NCBI GenBank assembly: GCA_000092065.1
Contig: CP000585.1
Source: Ostreococcus lucimarinus
Taxonomy: Eukaryota
Reading direction: 5' to 3' (one strand)
DNA: 64,000 nucleotides
In this document: positions 10,378 through 21,632 of the stretch, in pieces
How the letters are laid out: every line of letters starts with the position of its first letter
Numbering within the stretch: position 1 is the first letter of the stretch
Translations under genes and position numbers: made by a program
The notes under the pieces: model-generated
The model's database searches: none
What the model was told of the DNA's origin: nothing
The model's input: the letters and a program-made list of their open reading frames with translations, nothing else

Positions 10378-10989
10378 CTACGCGTCGGCGACGGCGCGGC
10401 GACCCGGCGGTAACGCCGGTTTCTTCCGCACTATCGGCGGCGCCGGCGGGTCGTCGTTCGCGCGCACGCCGTCACCGTCGCCGTCGCGCGTCCCTCTGGG
10501 AGCCGCCGCCGCGGGCGCCGCGCGAAGCGTCGTCGCCGCCAACCGTCTCGCGACTTCGGACGCCGGCGTCGCCGCCGCGCCCACGCGCACCGTCACCGCC
10601 TCGCTCGGATCGAACTCCACGAATTTCGGCGCCCTCGCCGCGACGTCGGACGTCGACCGCGCGTCGAGGTCGACGCGCGCGTCCCGCGCCGCGCGTTCCC
10701 GCGTCCCGACCGCGTCGCCGCCGCCGCGCGCCGCCGCGCGCACCTCTCCCGCGTTCGCCAGCGCCACCCCACTCGTCGTCCGCGCCAGCGCCGCGCGCGC
10801 GACCGCGACCGTCGCGCCGCGCTCGACGTCCTCGATCGTCGCCACCCCGGTCCAGCGCTCGCGCTCGACGACGACGACCTCACCGTCACCCGTCGCGAGC
10901 CGCAGTTTGAGCGTGCGACTCGCGCGCGCGTCCTCGCGCGCGCGCGCGCCGCGCGCGACGTCGCGCGCGTCCACGACGCGCAGCGCGAC

Positions 10990-11026
<37 letters not shown>

Positions 11027-11049
11027 CGCGCGACGCCCGACGGACGCAT
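10378..11049 (-). CDS. Hypothetical protein (possibly spurious ORF in a GC-rich divergent intergenic region)
   Basis: A 223-aa ORF lies between the E2 start (10111) and the SUN-gene start (11098). It begins with (GD)n and carries one mildly conserved-looking block (KFVEFDPSEAVTVRV). I recognise no family, and the compositional bias here makes any frame look coding. Confidence 0.2.
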
Positions 11050-11097
11050 TGTGCGGCCGACCGACCGACCGACCGACGCGTCACAACGCCGCGCGCG

Positions 11098-11247
11098 ATG
11101 CCCGCACGCGCGCCGGCGAGGACGCGCGCGCCGGCGACGAGCGCGGAGACGCGCGCGAAAAGCGCGACGCGCGCGCGCGGAGACGCGCGCGACACGCGCG
11201 GCGCGGACGCGCGCGATGATGATTTAAACGAAAAAGATGACCGTTCG

Positions 11248-11280
<33 letters not shown>

Positions 11281-14200
11281 TGCGACGACGCGTGGGGCGT
11301 CGCGCGCGGCGAGCGAGACGTGCGCGCGGGAATGATACGCGTGCGGAGCACGGTGCCGCTGATCGTGAGCACGCTGTGCGTGGTGGTGACGGCGCTCATC
11401 GCGGTGTGCGCGCAGAGCTGGCACGTGCGCGAGACGGCGATGCGGTTGGCGAGCGTGCGATTGAGCGCGACGAGCGTGAAGCTCGGACCGACGACGAGAC
11501 GGTTGACAGCGCTCGAGGATGCGGTGAGGAGATTGGAGAGCGAGAAGGCGAGCGTGCGCGCGGTGGATGGGGTGAAGGCGACGGTGGAGGCGGAGCGCGC
11601 GGCGAACGCGGCGAACGCGGCGACGACGACGACGGACGCGAAGGTCGTCAAGACGGAGATGAAGGCGGAGTTGAAATCGGTTTTGGCGCAGATTGATGCG
11701 TTGAGTAAGCGACAAAATAGTTTCGTGACGACCGCGGAGCTTAAGAAGAGCAGTGGCGCTCTCAAGGCGGAGCTCGCGGAACTCGAAAAGACGGCCGCGG
11801 CGCTCGAAAAGAAGCAAGCGAACTTCGCGGCCAAGACGGAGCTCGCGTCGCTCGAGAAGACCACCGCGGCGCTCGACAAGGGACAAGCCAATTTCGTCAC
11901 CAAAGCGCAGCTTCAAAAGGTGAACGTCGCGAACGATCTCGCACTGTCTGCTGAGCGCTTACGAATCGACGACGCCATCAAGGAGGCCAAGTCGCTTCGA
12001 GACGCCATCGACGCCGTATCCAAGAGCTTGGCGCAGATTGATGCGTTGAGTAAGCGACAAAATAGTTTCGTGACGACCGCGGAGCTTAAGAAGAGCAGTG
12101 GCGCTCTCAAGGCGGAGCTCGCGGAACTCGAAAAGACGGCCGCGGCGCTCGAAAAGAAGCAAGCGAACTTCGCGGCCAAGACGGAGCTCGCGTCGCTCGA
12201 GAAGACCACCGCGGCGCTCGACAAGGGACAAGCCAATTTCGTCACCAAAGCGCAGCTTCAAAAGGTGAACGTCGCGAACGATCTCGCACTGTCTGCTGAG
12301 CGCTTACGAATCGACGACGCCATCAAGGAGGCCAAGTCGCTTCGAGACGCCATCGACGCCGTATCCAAGAGCTTGGCGCAGATTGATGCGTTGAGTAAGC
12401 GACAAAATAGTTTCGTGACGACCGCGGAGCTTAAGAAGAGCAGTGGCGCTCTCAAGGCGGAGCTCGCGGAACTCGAAAAGACGGCCGCGGCGCTCGAAAA
12501 GAAGCAAGCGAACTTCGCGGCCAAGACGGAGCTCGCGTCGCTCGAGAAGACCACCGCGGCGCTCGACAAGGGACAAGCCAATTTCGTCACCAAAGCGCAG
12601 CTTCAAAAGGTGAACGTCGCGAACGATCTCGCACTGTCTGCTGAGCGCTTACGAATCGACGACGCCATCAAGGAGGCCAAGTCGCTTCGAGACGCCATCG
12701 ACGCCGTATCCAAGAGCTTGGCGCAGATTGATGCGTTGAGTAAGCGACAAAATAGTTTCGTGACGACCGCGGAGCTTAAGAAGAGCAGTGGCGCTCTCAA
12801 GGCGGAGCTCGCGGAACTCGAAAAGACGGCCGCGGCGCTCGAAAAGAAGCAAGCGAACTTCGCGGCCAAGACGGAGCTCGCGTCGCTCGAGAAGACCACC
12901 GCGGCGCTCGACAAGGGACAAGCCAATTTCGTCACCAAAGCGCAGCTTCAAAAGGTGAACGTCGCGAACGATCTCGCACTGTCTGCTGAGCGCTTACGAA
13001 TCGACGACGCCATCAAGGAGGCCAAGTCGCTTCGAGACGCCATCGACGCCGTATCCAAGAGCCAGGACGTCTTCATCACGAATACTACTCTCCGACGAGT
13101 GGAGTCACAAATCGAAGCGCTGAAGAAGATGCAAGCAAAGAAGGGATTCTTCTCAACACGGCCGAAAGGGCCGGTCGTTTCCGACGAGCAGATTGCGATG
13201 CTCGAGGCCACGGTTGCTACTTTTGCGACACATTTGGCGGATTTGGAAAAGAACCAAGCCGACTTCGTGACCACAGCGCAACTGCAAAAGTTCGAGGGCG
13301 CTTCGGAGGAAATCAAGTCGCTCCAGAGGGAAATTCACGTTGTTTCCAAGAAGCAAGCCAACTACGTCAGCGTGGCGCAATTACAAAAGCTCGAAGTGGT
13401 GACGGATGAAATTAAATCGCTGCAGAGTGAGATTTCGGCGCTCGCTAAGACGCAAGACGAGTTTGCTATTCTCAGCGCGAGTCTTAAGGATGTTGAGAGT
13501 AAGATCGCGGCGTTGGCGGATGGTAAGAAGAAGACCGGGCTCCTCTCTAAGCTTTCGAAGAAGACAGACACCAAGGTCACCAACAAGCAACTTGTTGAGC
13601 TCGAGAACGCTGTCGCGACGTTGGAGAAGACTCAGACGAAATTCGCTTCGCTTGCGAGTTCACAGATCAGCACGTTGGAGTCTACTCTTGATGCGATTTC
13701 GCAGCAGCAATCCAGTGCGCTCACAGCTGCTGATTTGAAGAGTATTCAAAAGGCCATCACGGCGCTGGAGAAGAGTCAGGAAAGTTTCGCGACGACTGCA
13801 CAGCTACAGAAAGTGGATGCATCTCGAGAGATCAAGGCTTTGGAAGAAGCTTTAGCGGAGATTCTACAGAGTCAGCATTCGTTTGCGAACTCGACTGCCG
13901 TCGAAGAGCTTGAGACGAAAGTCATGGCACTCGAAGCTCGACAAAACGAAAAGCGCGGTGGGATGTTCAAGCGAAGCGCGAGCACCGACACCTCTGTCAC
14001 CAATAAGCAACTCAAGGCTTTAGAAGACACCATCGCGGCCCTGACGAAGAGTCAAGCGGACTTCGCCACGGTTACCCAGCTGAAAGAAAGTGCGCAGGCG
14101 CTTTCGCAACAGCAAGCCGGCGCGCTTACGGCGGCTGACTTGAAGGGCATTCAAAAAGCAGTCGCGTCGCTAGAAAAGAGTCAGAACGGTTTCGCGACGA

Positions 14201-16128
14201 CGGCGCAATTACAAAAGCTCGAAGTGGTGACAGATGAAATTAAATCGCTGCAGAGTGAGATTTCGGCGCTCGCTAAGACGCAAGACGAGTTTGCTATTCT
14301 CAGCGCGAGTCTTAAGGATGTTGAGAGTAAGATCGCGGCGTTGGCGGATGGTAAGAAGAAGACCGGGCTCCTCTCTAAGCTTTCGAAGAAGACAGACACC
14401 AAGGTCACCAACAAGCAACTCAAGGCTCTAGAAGACGCCATCGCGGCTCTGACGAAGAGTCAAGCGGACTTCGCCACGGTTACCCAGCTGAAAGAAAGTG
14501 CGCAGGCGCTTTCGCAACAGCAAGCCGGCGCGCTTACGGCGGCTGACTTGAAGGGCATTCAAAAAGCAGTCGCGTCGCTAGAAAAGAGTCAGAACGGTTT
14601 CGCGACGACGGCGCAATTACAAAAGCTCGAAGTGGTGACAGATGAAATTAAATCGCTGCAGAGTGAGATTTCGGCGCTCGCTAAGACGCAAGACGAGTTT
14701 GCTATTCTCAGCGCGAGTCTTAAGGATGTTGAGAGTAAGATCGCGGCGTTGGCGGATGGTAAGAAGAAGACCGGGCTCCTCTCTAAGCTTTCGAAGAAGA
14801 CAGACACCAAGGTCACCAACAAGCAACTCAAGGCTCTAGAAGACGCCATCGCGGCTCTGACGAAGAGTCAAGCGGACTTCGCCACGGTTACCCAGCTGAA
14901 AGAAAGTGCGCAGGCGCTTTCGCAACAGCAAGCCGGCGCGCTTACGGCGGCTGACTTGAAGGGCATTCAAAAAGCAGTCGCGTCGCTAGAAAAGAGTCAG
15001 AACGGTTTCGCGACGACGGCGCAATTACAAAAGCTCGAAGTGGTGACAGATGAAATTAAATCGCTGCAGAGTGAGATTTCGGCGCTCGCTAAGACGCAAG
15101 ACGAGTTTGCTATTCTCAGCGCGAGTCTTAAGGATGTTGAGAGTAAGATCGCGGCGTTGGCGGATGGTAAGAAGAAGACCGGGCTCCTCTCTAAGCTTTC
15201 GAAGAAGACAGACACCAAGGTCACCAACAAGCAACTCAAGGCTCTAGAAGACGCCATCGCGGCTCTGACGAAGAGTCAAGCGGACTTCGCCACGGTTACC
15301 CAGCTGAAAAAGGTTGCCGCCACGTTGGATGCGTTGAAAAACGTGCACGACAATTATGCGACGACGAAACTTGTGAAGAACTTGGAACTCAAGCTGAACC
15401 AGGTGATCAAAACGAGCGGGGGGCTGTCGACGACGCAGACAAATTTGGTGGAGTTAGAGCAAAGAGCGATGGAGCGCGTTGAGAGTTATATTAAAACAAT
15501 CCCGAAAGATACCTCGAGAAAGCTCACGAAACACATCGAGGAGGCTTCGAGTTTGTGGTTTGCGGACAGAACTGGAAGGCAGGACTTCGCGCTCGCTTCA
15601 GGTGGCGGGCGCGTCGTCGGTCACTCTCAGCTTTCGCCGTTTGTAGGCCGTGGCGACGGTCCCATCACGTCGGTGCTTTCGTTCCTTCAATCCGGAGTGC
15701 ATCCGAAGAGCGACGAGTGGTTACTCACGCCGTCTTTGGAGCAACCAGGGGATTGTATCGCGTTGCATTCGTCGACCGGTTATGTTGATGTTCGTTTGCG
15801 TCAGTCTGTGAAAGTGGACGCGGTCACGCTCGAGCACGCGAATAGCTTGAACGCGTACGACTTGCACAGCGCGCCACGAGATGTACAAGTATACGGTTGG
15901 CACGCACGCAAGAAGAGTTGCAAGCATAGCAAACCGCCCAAGTCGTTGATTCCTCTCGGCAACTACACGTACAGTATCAACCGCGGAAGCGTACAAACTT
16001 TCGACGTGGTGTCACCGCAGACCGTCGACCATGTGCGTCTAGTGGTGAAGAACAATCAAGGGCACCAGAAGTGGACGTGCCTGTACCGGTTCCGAGTACA
16101 CGGCGTGCCAGAACGAGTCGAAGCGTGA
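11098..16128 (+). CDS. Giant coiled-coil membrane protein with a C-terminal SUN (Sad1/UNC-84)-like domain; a predicted inner-nuclear-membrane/LINC-type protein
   Basis: This is a single 1676-aa ORF. Its N-terminus is an Arg/Asp-rich low-complexity stretch. A single hydrophobic span (PLIVSTLCVVVTALIAVCA) sits near residue 90. About 1300 aa of heptad-rich sequence rich in Ala, Leu, Lys, Glu and Gln follows, built from tandem repeats. The C-terminal roughly 190 aa are globular and end ...QGHQKWTCLYRFRVHGVPE. This resembles SUN-domain termini (...YRxRVHG) and the architecture resembles SUN proteins. Confidence 0.65.
11683..13062 (+). repeat. 345-bp tandem repeat, 4 nucleotide-identical copies (115-aa coiled-coil unit) inside the SUN-like gene
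   Basis: The string ttggcgcagattgatgcgttgagtaagcgacaaaatag recurs at about 11683, 12028, 12373 and 12718. Three identical 111-aa antisense ORFs spaced exactly 345 bp apart in the track (11913, 12258, 12603) confirm nucleotide identity. The unit encodes AQIDALSKRQNSFVTTAELKK...KEAKSLRDAIDAVSKSL. Confidence 0.9.
13370..15300 (+). repeat. 408-bp tandem repeat: three nucleotide-identical copies plus one diverged leading copy (136-aa coiled-coil unit) inside the SUN-like gene
   Basis: Identical antisense ORFs recur at 14181, 14589 and 14997 (period 408 bp). The unit encodes ...QLQKLEVVTDEIKSLQSEISALAKTQDEFAILSASLKDVESKIAALADGKKKTGLLSKLSKKTDTKVTNKQLKALEDAIAALTKSQADFATVTQLKESAQALSQQQAGALTAADLKGIQKAVASLEKSQNGFATTA. 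A diverged copy starts at about 13370. Confidence 0.9.
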
Positions 16129-16387
16129 AACGCAAACTTACGTAGCTCCCGTAGATTAATTTTGATGAAACTCAACAAAGACTATTAACGCTGCGAGCAC
16201 ACGGAAAGGGGCGCGCAAAGGACGCACAAAGTGGGCGTGGTTATTCAACCTTCTAAGCTAATACGGCAACTTGATAGCCTGTGGTTTCGTGATCGATGAA
16301 CATCACCGTTCACTCGCGCGGGTATAACGATATTACCCCGAGCGATGGGCGAGAGTGAAAGTATACAACGATGAAGCTCTTGCTCGC

Positions 16388-16879
<492 letters not shown>

Positions 16880-17762
16880 TCACGCAAAACATTCGAGCGT
16901 CCGTCAGTCTCCCGTACCCACATCGCGTCGCGTTTCGCTCTCAACCGCCCCCGCGACGTCGACGCCGCGCGCGCGCGACGCTCGACCGCCCCCGTCGCTC
17001 GTCCCATCGCCGCCCACGACGCCATCGACCCCACATTCGCGCGCATATCATCCAGCGATAATACACATCCCACGCCCACGCCCCATCGCCTCCCCTCGCG
17101 CGTCGGCGCCCATCGAGCCCTCCCATTTCCAACGCCACAGATCGAGCGCCAACGATCCAACGCGTGCGCGCACGATCAACGCCCTCTCGCGTTCCTCGAT
17201 CACCCGTTCGACCCGATCGCGCGCGCGACGCGCGCGACGAAATCTTCCCGCGCGATTTCCGCCGTCCGAGCCGACGCGCGACGCGCGACGCGCGACGTGG
17301 GCGGCGATTCCGCGCGACAATCCGAATCGCGCGATTATGCGCTGGAATCGTCCATCGTCGATCGTCGTCCGCGTCTCGTCGACGCGTCGCGATCGCGGCG
17401 CGCGCGCGGTATCCGCGGGCGCATCAAAACGCGCGCGCGTACCATGTCGTGTGATTTCGCGAAGTCGCGTCGCGGTGTGCGCGCGCGGGGGCGCGTGGTC
17501 GGAGTGTCGTCACCGCGCGCGCGAAACGATCTGATGGGCGTTTGTGGTATTAAATATGTAAATGTACATTTCAACCAACGCGTCGTTATACATAGAGCTG
17601 TCGTGTGATTTTATATGCACATCGCTCGTGATAAATTTTGTCGGTTTGAACGGTCGACGACGACAGCTCGAACCGCTCGAGCGACGCGCGCCAGAGCGAC
17701 GCGGGCGCGGGCGCGAACGCCAACGAGGAGCGACGGAAGGGAAGACGACGCGCTTTCGGACG

Positions 17763-19781
17763 ATGCCGAAAAAGCCGACGAATCTGAACGCGAAAGGGGA
17801 CAAAAATCTGACGCAAAAGTCTCCGGCGGAATTTTTCCAAGACAACAAAGGCATCGCTGGGTTCGAAAACGCGGGGAAATCGCTGTACACGACGCTTCGA
17901 GAGTTCATCGAGAACGCGTTGGATGCGGCGGAAGCGATCGGGACGCTGCCGGAGATCGATATCGCGGTGGAGGAGGTGTCGGTGTCTCAATACGAGAGCC
18001 TCATCGGGCTCAAGGCGCACGTGCGGTTGGACGACGAGCTGTACGCGGATTTTGAGAGCGATAAGGCGAAGGCAAAGCGGTTGGCGCAAGAGGCGAAAAA
18101 GGCGGCGAAAGCGGCGTCGGCGGCGTCGAAGCGAGGGGGAGGTGGGAAGCGGGATCAGGCGAAATGTTTTTATAAGATTACCGTCAAGGACAACGGGAAG
18201 GGCATGCAACACGAGGACATTCCGAACATGTTGGGACGGGTTTTGAGTGGTACCAAGTACGGGGTGCGACAAACGCGAGGGAAATTCGGACTCGGGTCGA
18301 AAATGGCGTTGATTTGGTCCAAGCAAACCACAGGATTGCCCATTCGCATTCGAAGCGCGTTGCCGAACCAGTCGTTCATCTCCGAGTACGCGTTAGACAT
18401 CGACATCGAGAAGAACGAGCCAAACATTCATAAGGAGGCGAAATTACCCAATGACGATAAGTGGCACGGTGCGGAACTGTCGGTGACCATCGAAGGTAAC
18501 TGGACGACGTACAGGCAATACGTGTTGTCGTATTTGAGACAGCTCGCCATCGTCACGCCGTACGCGCAGTTTCGGTTTAGATTTGTTACCTCTGCGGCGA
18601 CGACGTCGACGGCGAAAGATATCGATATCGTATTTAGACGCCGTACCGATATCATGCCGGCGCTTCCCACGGTGACGAAGCATCACCCTTCGGCGGCGAA
18701 GGAGAACATGCTCTTGATAAAGGATTTACTTTCGCAGACGCGTGAGAAGAATTTGCTCAACTTTTTGCATAAAGAGTTCACGTGCATCAACAAGGACCAT
18801 TCTTCTCGCCTGATTCAAGAACTCGGCTACGGTTTCGATACGGACATGCACCCGTCCGAGGTGACGGATAAGCAAGCGACGAGAATACAGCAGCTTTTGG
18901 CGGACGCGCGCTTCGACGATCCAGACGGCTCGTGCCTTTCGCCGGCGGGCGAATACAACCTGCGTTTAGGCATCATGAAGGAGCTCGGCCCAGAGTGGAT
19001 CGCATCATTTTGCGCTCCTGCTTTAGCTTGCGGTGGACACCCGCTCGTCGTCGAAGCTTGCGTTTCGCTCGGCGGTCGCGAAGTGAAACCGGGATTCAAC
19101 GTGTTTCGCTTCGCAAATAGAATTCCGCTCCTCTTTGAAGGCGGTAACGACGTCGTTACGAGATGCGTGCAGCGCTTGAACTGGAACACGTATAAGATTG
19201 ACAAGAACAACGATAAGATTGGCGTCTTCGTCTCCATCGTGTCCACAAAAATCCCTTTCAAAGGCACGTCCAAGGAGTACATCGGGGATGAAAACAACGA
19301 AATCGCCGACGCCGTCGACAAGGCAATCAAGCAGTGCGCCTTGCAGCTTCGAGGGAAGATTGTCCGCGCGCAAGTGGCGAAAGATCGGAAAGCTCGCAAA
19401 AAGCAACTCGCCAAGTACATTCCTGATGTGGCGCGCGCAGTCTTCGCGATGCTTGCGGCCGCCGCGGACGCGGACGAGCCGCCATCGAAACGCGCTCGCG
19501 TCGGCGCCGCGTTATGGAAGGTGGACGAAAAGTGGGAGACGGACGTTTTGGAGCGGGCGAGAGAAGGTGAAGTGAGTGAAGCCGTGCTCAGGGCAAAGCT
19601 TGAAGAGCACGTGCAACGAAGTGATCACGAACAAGCGCTGGAATTTGCCATGCAAAACAACAAGGATGGCTTAAGCGAACTCATGTACTTGGTGCCCAAG
19701 ACGCCCGAGCACGAGTACCTTCCCGAGATTCGAAGCGGATCGTGTGCGTTTAGATTTCTCAAGGCGGCTGAATTGCGATGA
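17763..19781 (+). CDS. TOP6B: DNA topoisomerase VI subunit B (TOP6B), Bergerat-fold ATPase
   Basis: The start is at MPKKPTNLNAKGD. The ATPase region is SPAEFFQDNKGIAGFENAGKSLYTTLREFIENALDAAE (an ExxNxxD-type ATP-binding motif). Downstream come ...YKITVKDNGKGM and the transducer-domain block FRFANRIPLLFEGGNDV, typical of TopoVI-B. Confidence 0.85.
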   Translation: MPKKPTNLNAKGDKNLTQKSPAEFFQDNKGIAGFENAGKSLYTTLREFIENALDAAEAIGTLPEIDIAVEEVSVSQYESLIGLKAHVRLDDELYADFESDKAKAKRLAQEAKKAAKAASAASKRGGGGKRDQAKCFYKITVKDNGKGMQHEDIPNMLGRVLSGTKYGVRQTRGKFGLGSKMALIWSKQTTGLPIRIRSALPNQSFISEYALDIDIEKNEPNIHKEAKLPNDDKWHGAELSVTIEGNWTTYRQYVLSYLRQLAIVTPYAQFRFRFVTSAATTSTAKDIDIVFRRRTDIMPALPTVTKHHPSAAKENMLLIKDLLSQTREKNLLNFLHKEFTCINKDHSSRLIQELGYGFDTDMHPSEVTDKQATRIQQLLADARFDDPDGSCLSPAGEYNLRLGIMKELGPEWIASFCAPALACGGHPLVVEACVSLGGREVKPGFNVFRFANRIPLLFEGGNDVVTRCVQRLNWNTYKIDKNNDKIGVFVSIVSTKIPFKGTSKEYIGDENNEIADAVDKAIKQCALQLRGKIVRAQVAKDRKARKKQLAKYIPDVARAVFAMLAAAADADEPPSKRARVGAALWKVDEKWETDVLERAREGEVSEAVLRAKLEEHVQRSDHEQALEFAMQNNKDGLSELMYLVPKTPEHEYLPEIRSGSCAFRFLKAAELR

Positions 19782-19900
19782 AGATCAAGCCGCACGAATA
19801 TAGCGGGGAATGACGATGTAATATAACGACGACGCACGTAAAACGGAAAGCTTAGTAAATCGCTCACAACTGAAATTTTTCGCGCGCGAAGCGGCGCCCT

Positions 19901-20770
19901 CTACCAACCCGTCTCGGAGAACTTCGTGGGGTTGTAAAACTTTTCATAGCCCCATTCCGTGGGCACGGCGAACGGTTCGCTGATCGTCACCCCATCCTTC
20001 GTGACTTTACAAATTTGAAACTTGTTCATCATCTGCTTGTCGCGCATCACGCACGCGTACAGCGCCGATCGCATCACCTCCACCGCCTGCTCCTCCGTCA
20101 TATCAGCCTTGTAAAACTCTCTGAAAATCGGTCTCGCGATGTGATTGCCAAACCCAGCGCAGACGTGATCGTCTTCGTAGTGCGTTCCGATCATCCCCAC
20201 CGTGCCCAAAAACGTCTCCCCGTTTGTCTTCAATCCCGCGACGACGAGCGAGTTCCAGAGCGGATCGAACTTATTCCTCCGATTATACATCACTCGCGTG
20301 AGATATTGATAAATCTCCTCCGCGTCTCGCGTCATTCCATCGTCCTCGCAAAAGTCCTCCGTGGTCAACTCCTCCAACAGATTACACACGTACGTAAAAT
20401 CGCTCAGCTCCCCCGTGAACGCGATCGCGCACCGTTCGTTCACCTTCTTCACCCGTTCAACGTTTTTATACCTCTTCGTGCTTCCGTAGCACGCCAGCGT
20501 GTCGCACGCCAACAGCACGCCGTCGCCGTACTTCAGCCCCAGCGCGCTCGTCCCCGTCACGTACGGCGTCTGCGTTCGCGTCGTCGGCGCCTTCTCCCGC
20601 GCCTTCCCATCCAGCGTGAACGCGCGTCCGCTCGCCGGCGCGTGCGTCGTCGTCGCCGGTCCATCGCGCGCGTCGTCCCGCGCGCACGCCGCGTCGTACT
20701 CGGCGTCGACGCCGCGCGGCACCACGCCCGGGCCGATGATTGGATTGTGCGCGACTCTTCGCGGAATCAT
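19901..20770 (-). CDS. 20S proteasome subunit beta type-4 (β7/PBG-type) with a propeptide
   Basis: The start is at MIPRRVAHNP (residue 252 of the 540-aa track ORF; the upstream part is GC-rich antisense extension). TTRTQTPYVTGTSALGLKYGDGVLLACDTLACYGSTKRYKNVERVKKVN...LTRVMYNRRNKFDPLWNSLVVAG...FGNHIARPIFRE...NKFQICKVTKDGV aligns along its whole length with human PSMB4. Confidence 0.85.
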   Translation of the reverse strand: MIPRRVAHNPIIGPGVVPRGVDAEYDAACARDDARDGPATTTHAPASGRAFTLDGKAREKAPTTRTQTPYVTGTSALGLKYGDGVLLACDTLACYGSTKRYKNVERVKKVNERCAIAFTGELSDFTYVCNLLEELTTEDFCEDDGMTRDAEEIYQYLTRVMYNRRNKFDPLWNSLVVAGLKTNGETFLGTVGMIGTHYEDDHVCAGFGNHIARPIFREFYKADMTEEQAVEVMRSALYACVMRDKQMMNKFQICKVTKDGVTISEPFAVPTEWGYEKFYNPTKFSETGW

Positions 20771-21632
20771 CGCGTTCGGCGCGTCGTCGTCGTCGCGACG
20801 CGCGCCTTCGTCGTCGCGATCGTTCGCCGCGCGTTCGCTCGCGCGTCGTCGCGCGCTCGAGCGTCGCGCGCGCGTGTGCGGCGAACGGATCGATCGGATC
20901 GATCGGTCGCGCGCGCGACCGGGTCGCGCGTCGCGACACCGACGCGCGCGACGAGCGCGCGACGCGCGCGCGCGGCGCGCGACGAACGACCGCGGCGCGC
21001 GCGCGCGCGGCGCGCGATGCGGGACGCGCGCGCGACGACGCCGCACGACGTCGAGCTCGGCCATCGCGCCGAGGCGTCGACGAGCGACGCCGCGCGCGAC
21101 GACGACGCGACGACGCGCGACGGCGACGACGACGCGCGCGACGCGACGACGCGCGACGACGACGACGACGCGCGCGACGCGGCGTCCCCGGGACGGGCGC
21201 CGATCGGAGGGATCAACGAGGACGGGTACTTCGGCGACGCCGACGGCGCGTGGCTGCCGAGCGATCGCGTGCCGTTGGTGCTGCGCGCGCGAGAGGCGGC
21301 GATGGCGGCGGGAGAGGATTACGGACGGGACGTGCGAACGTTCCTCGGCGCCTTCGGATGGCCGATCGCGGCTTCGGCGTTTTGCGTGTTTCTGTTGATT
21401 TTCGCGCTCGAGGAATTCGGCGGCGCGAAGACGCGGCGACGCGGGCCGTGACGGGGGCGAGGCGTTCGGCGGCGGCGGCGACCGCGCGGGGGTGGTTTTT
21501 GCGTTGATATTTAGTAGACTCATTAAGGTGTGGCGCGGGCGCGCGATCGGGTCGATCGCGCGTCCGCGCGTAGTAGCGCGTTTTGCAATAGTACGCTCGC
21601 GTCAGAGCTTCGGCGCCGCACACGCGCGCGCG

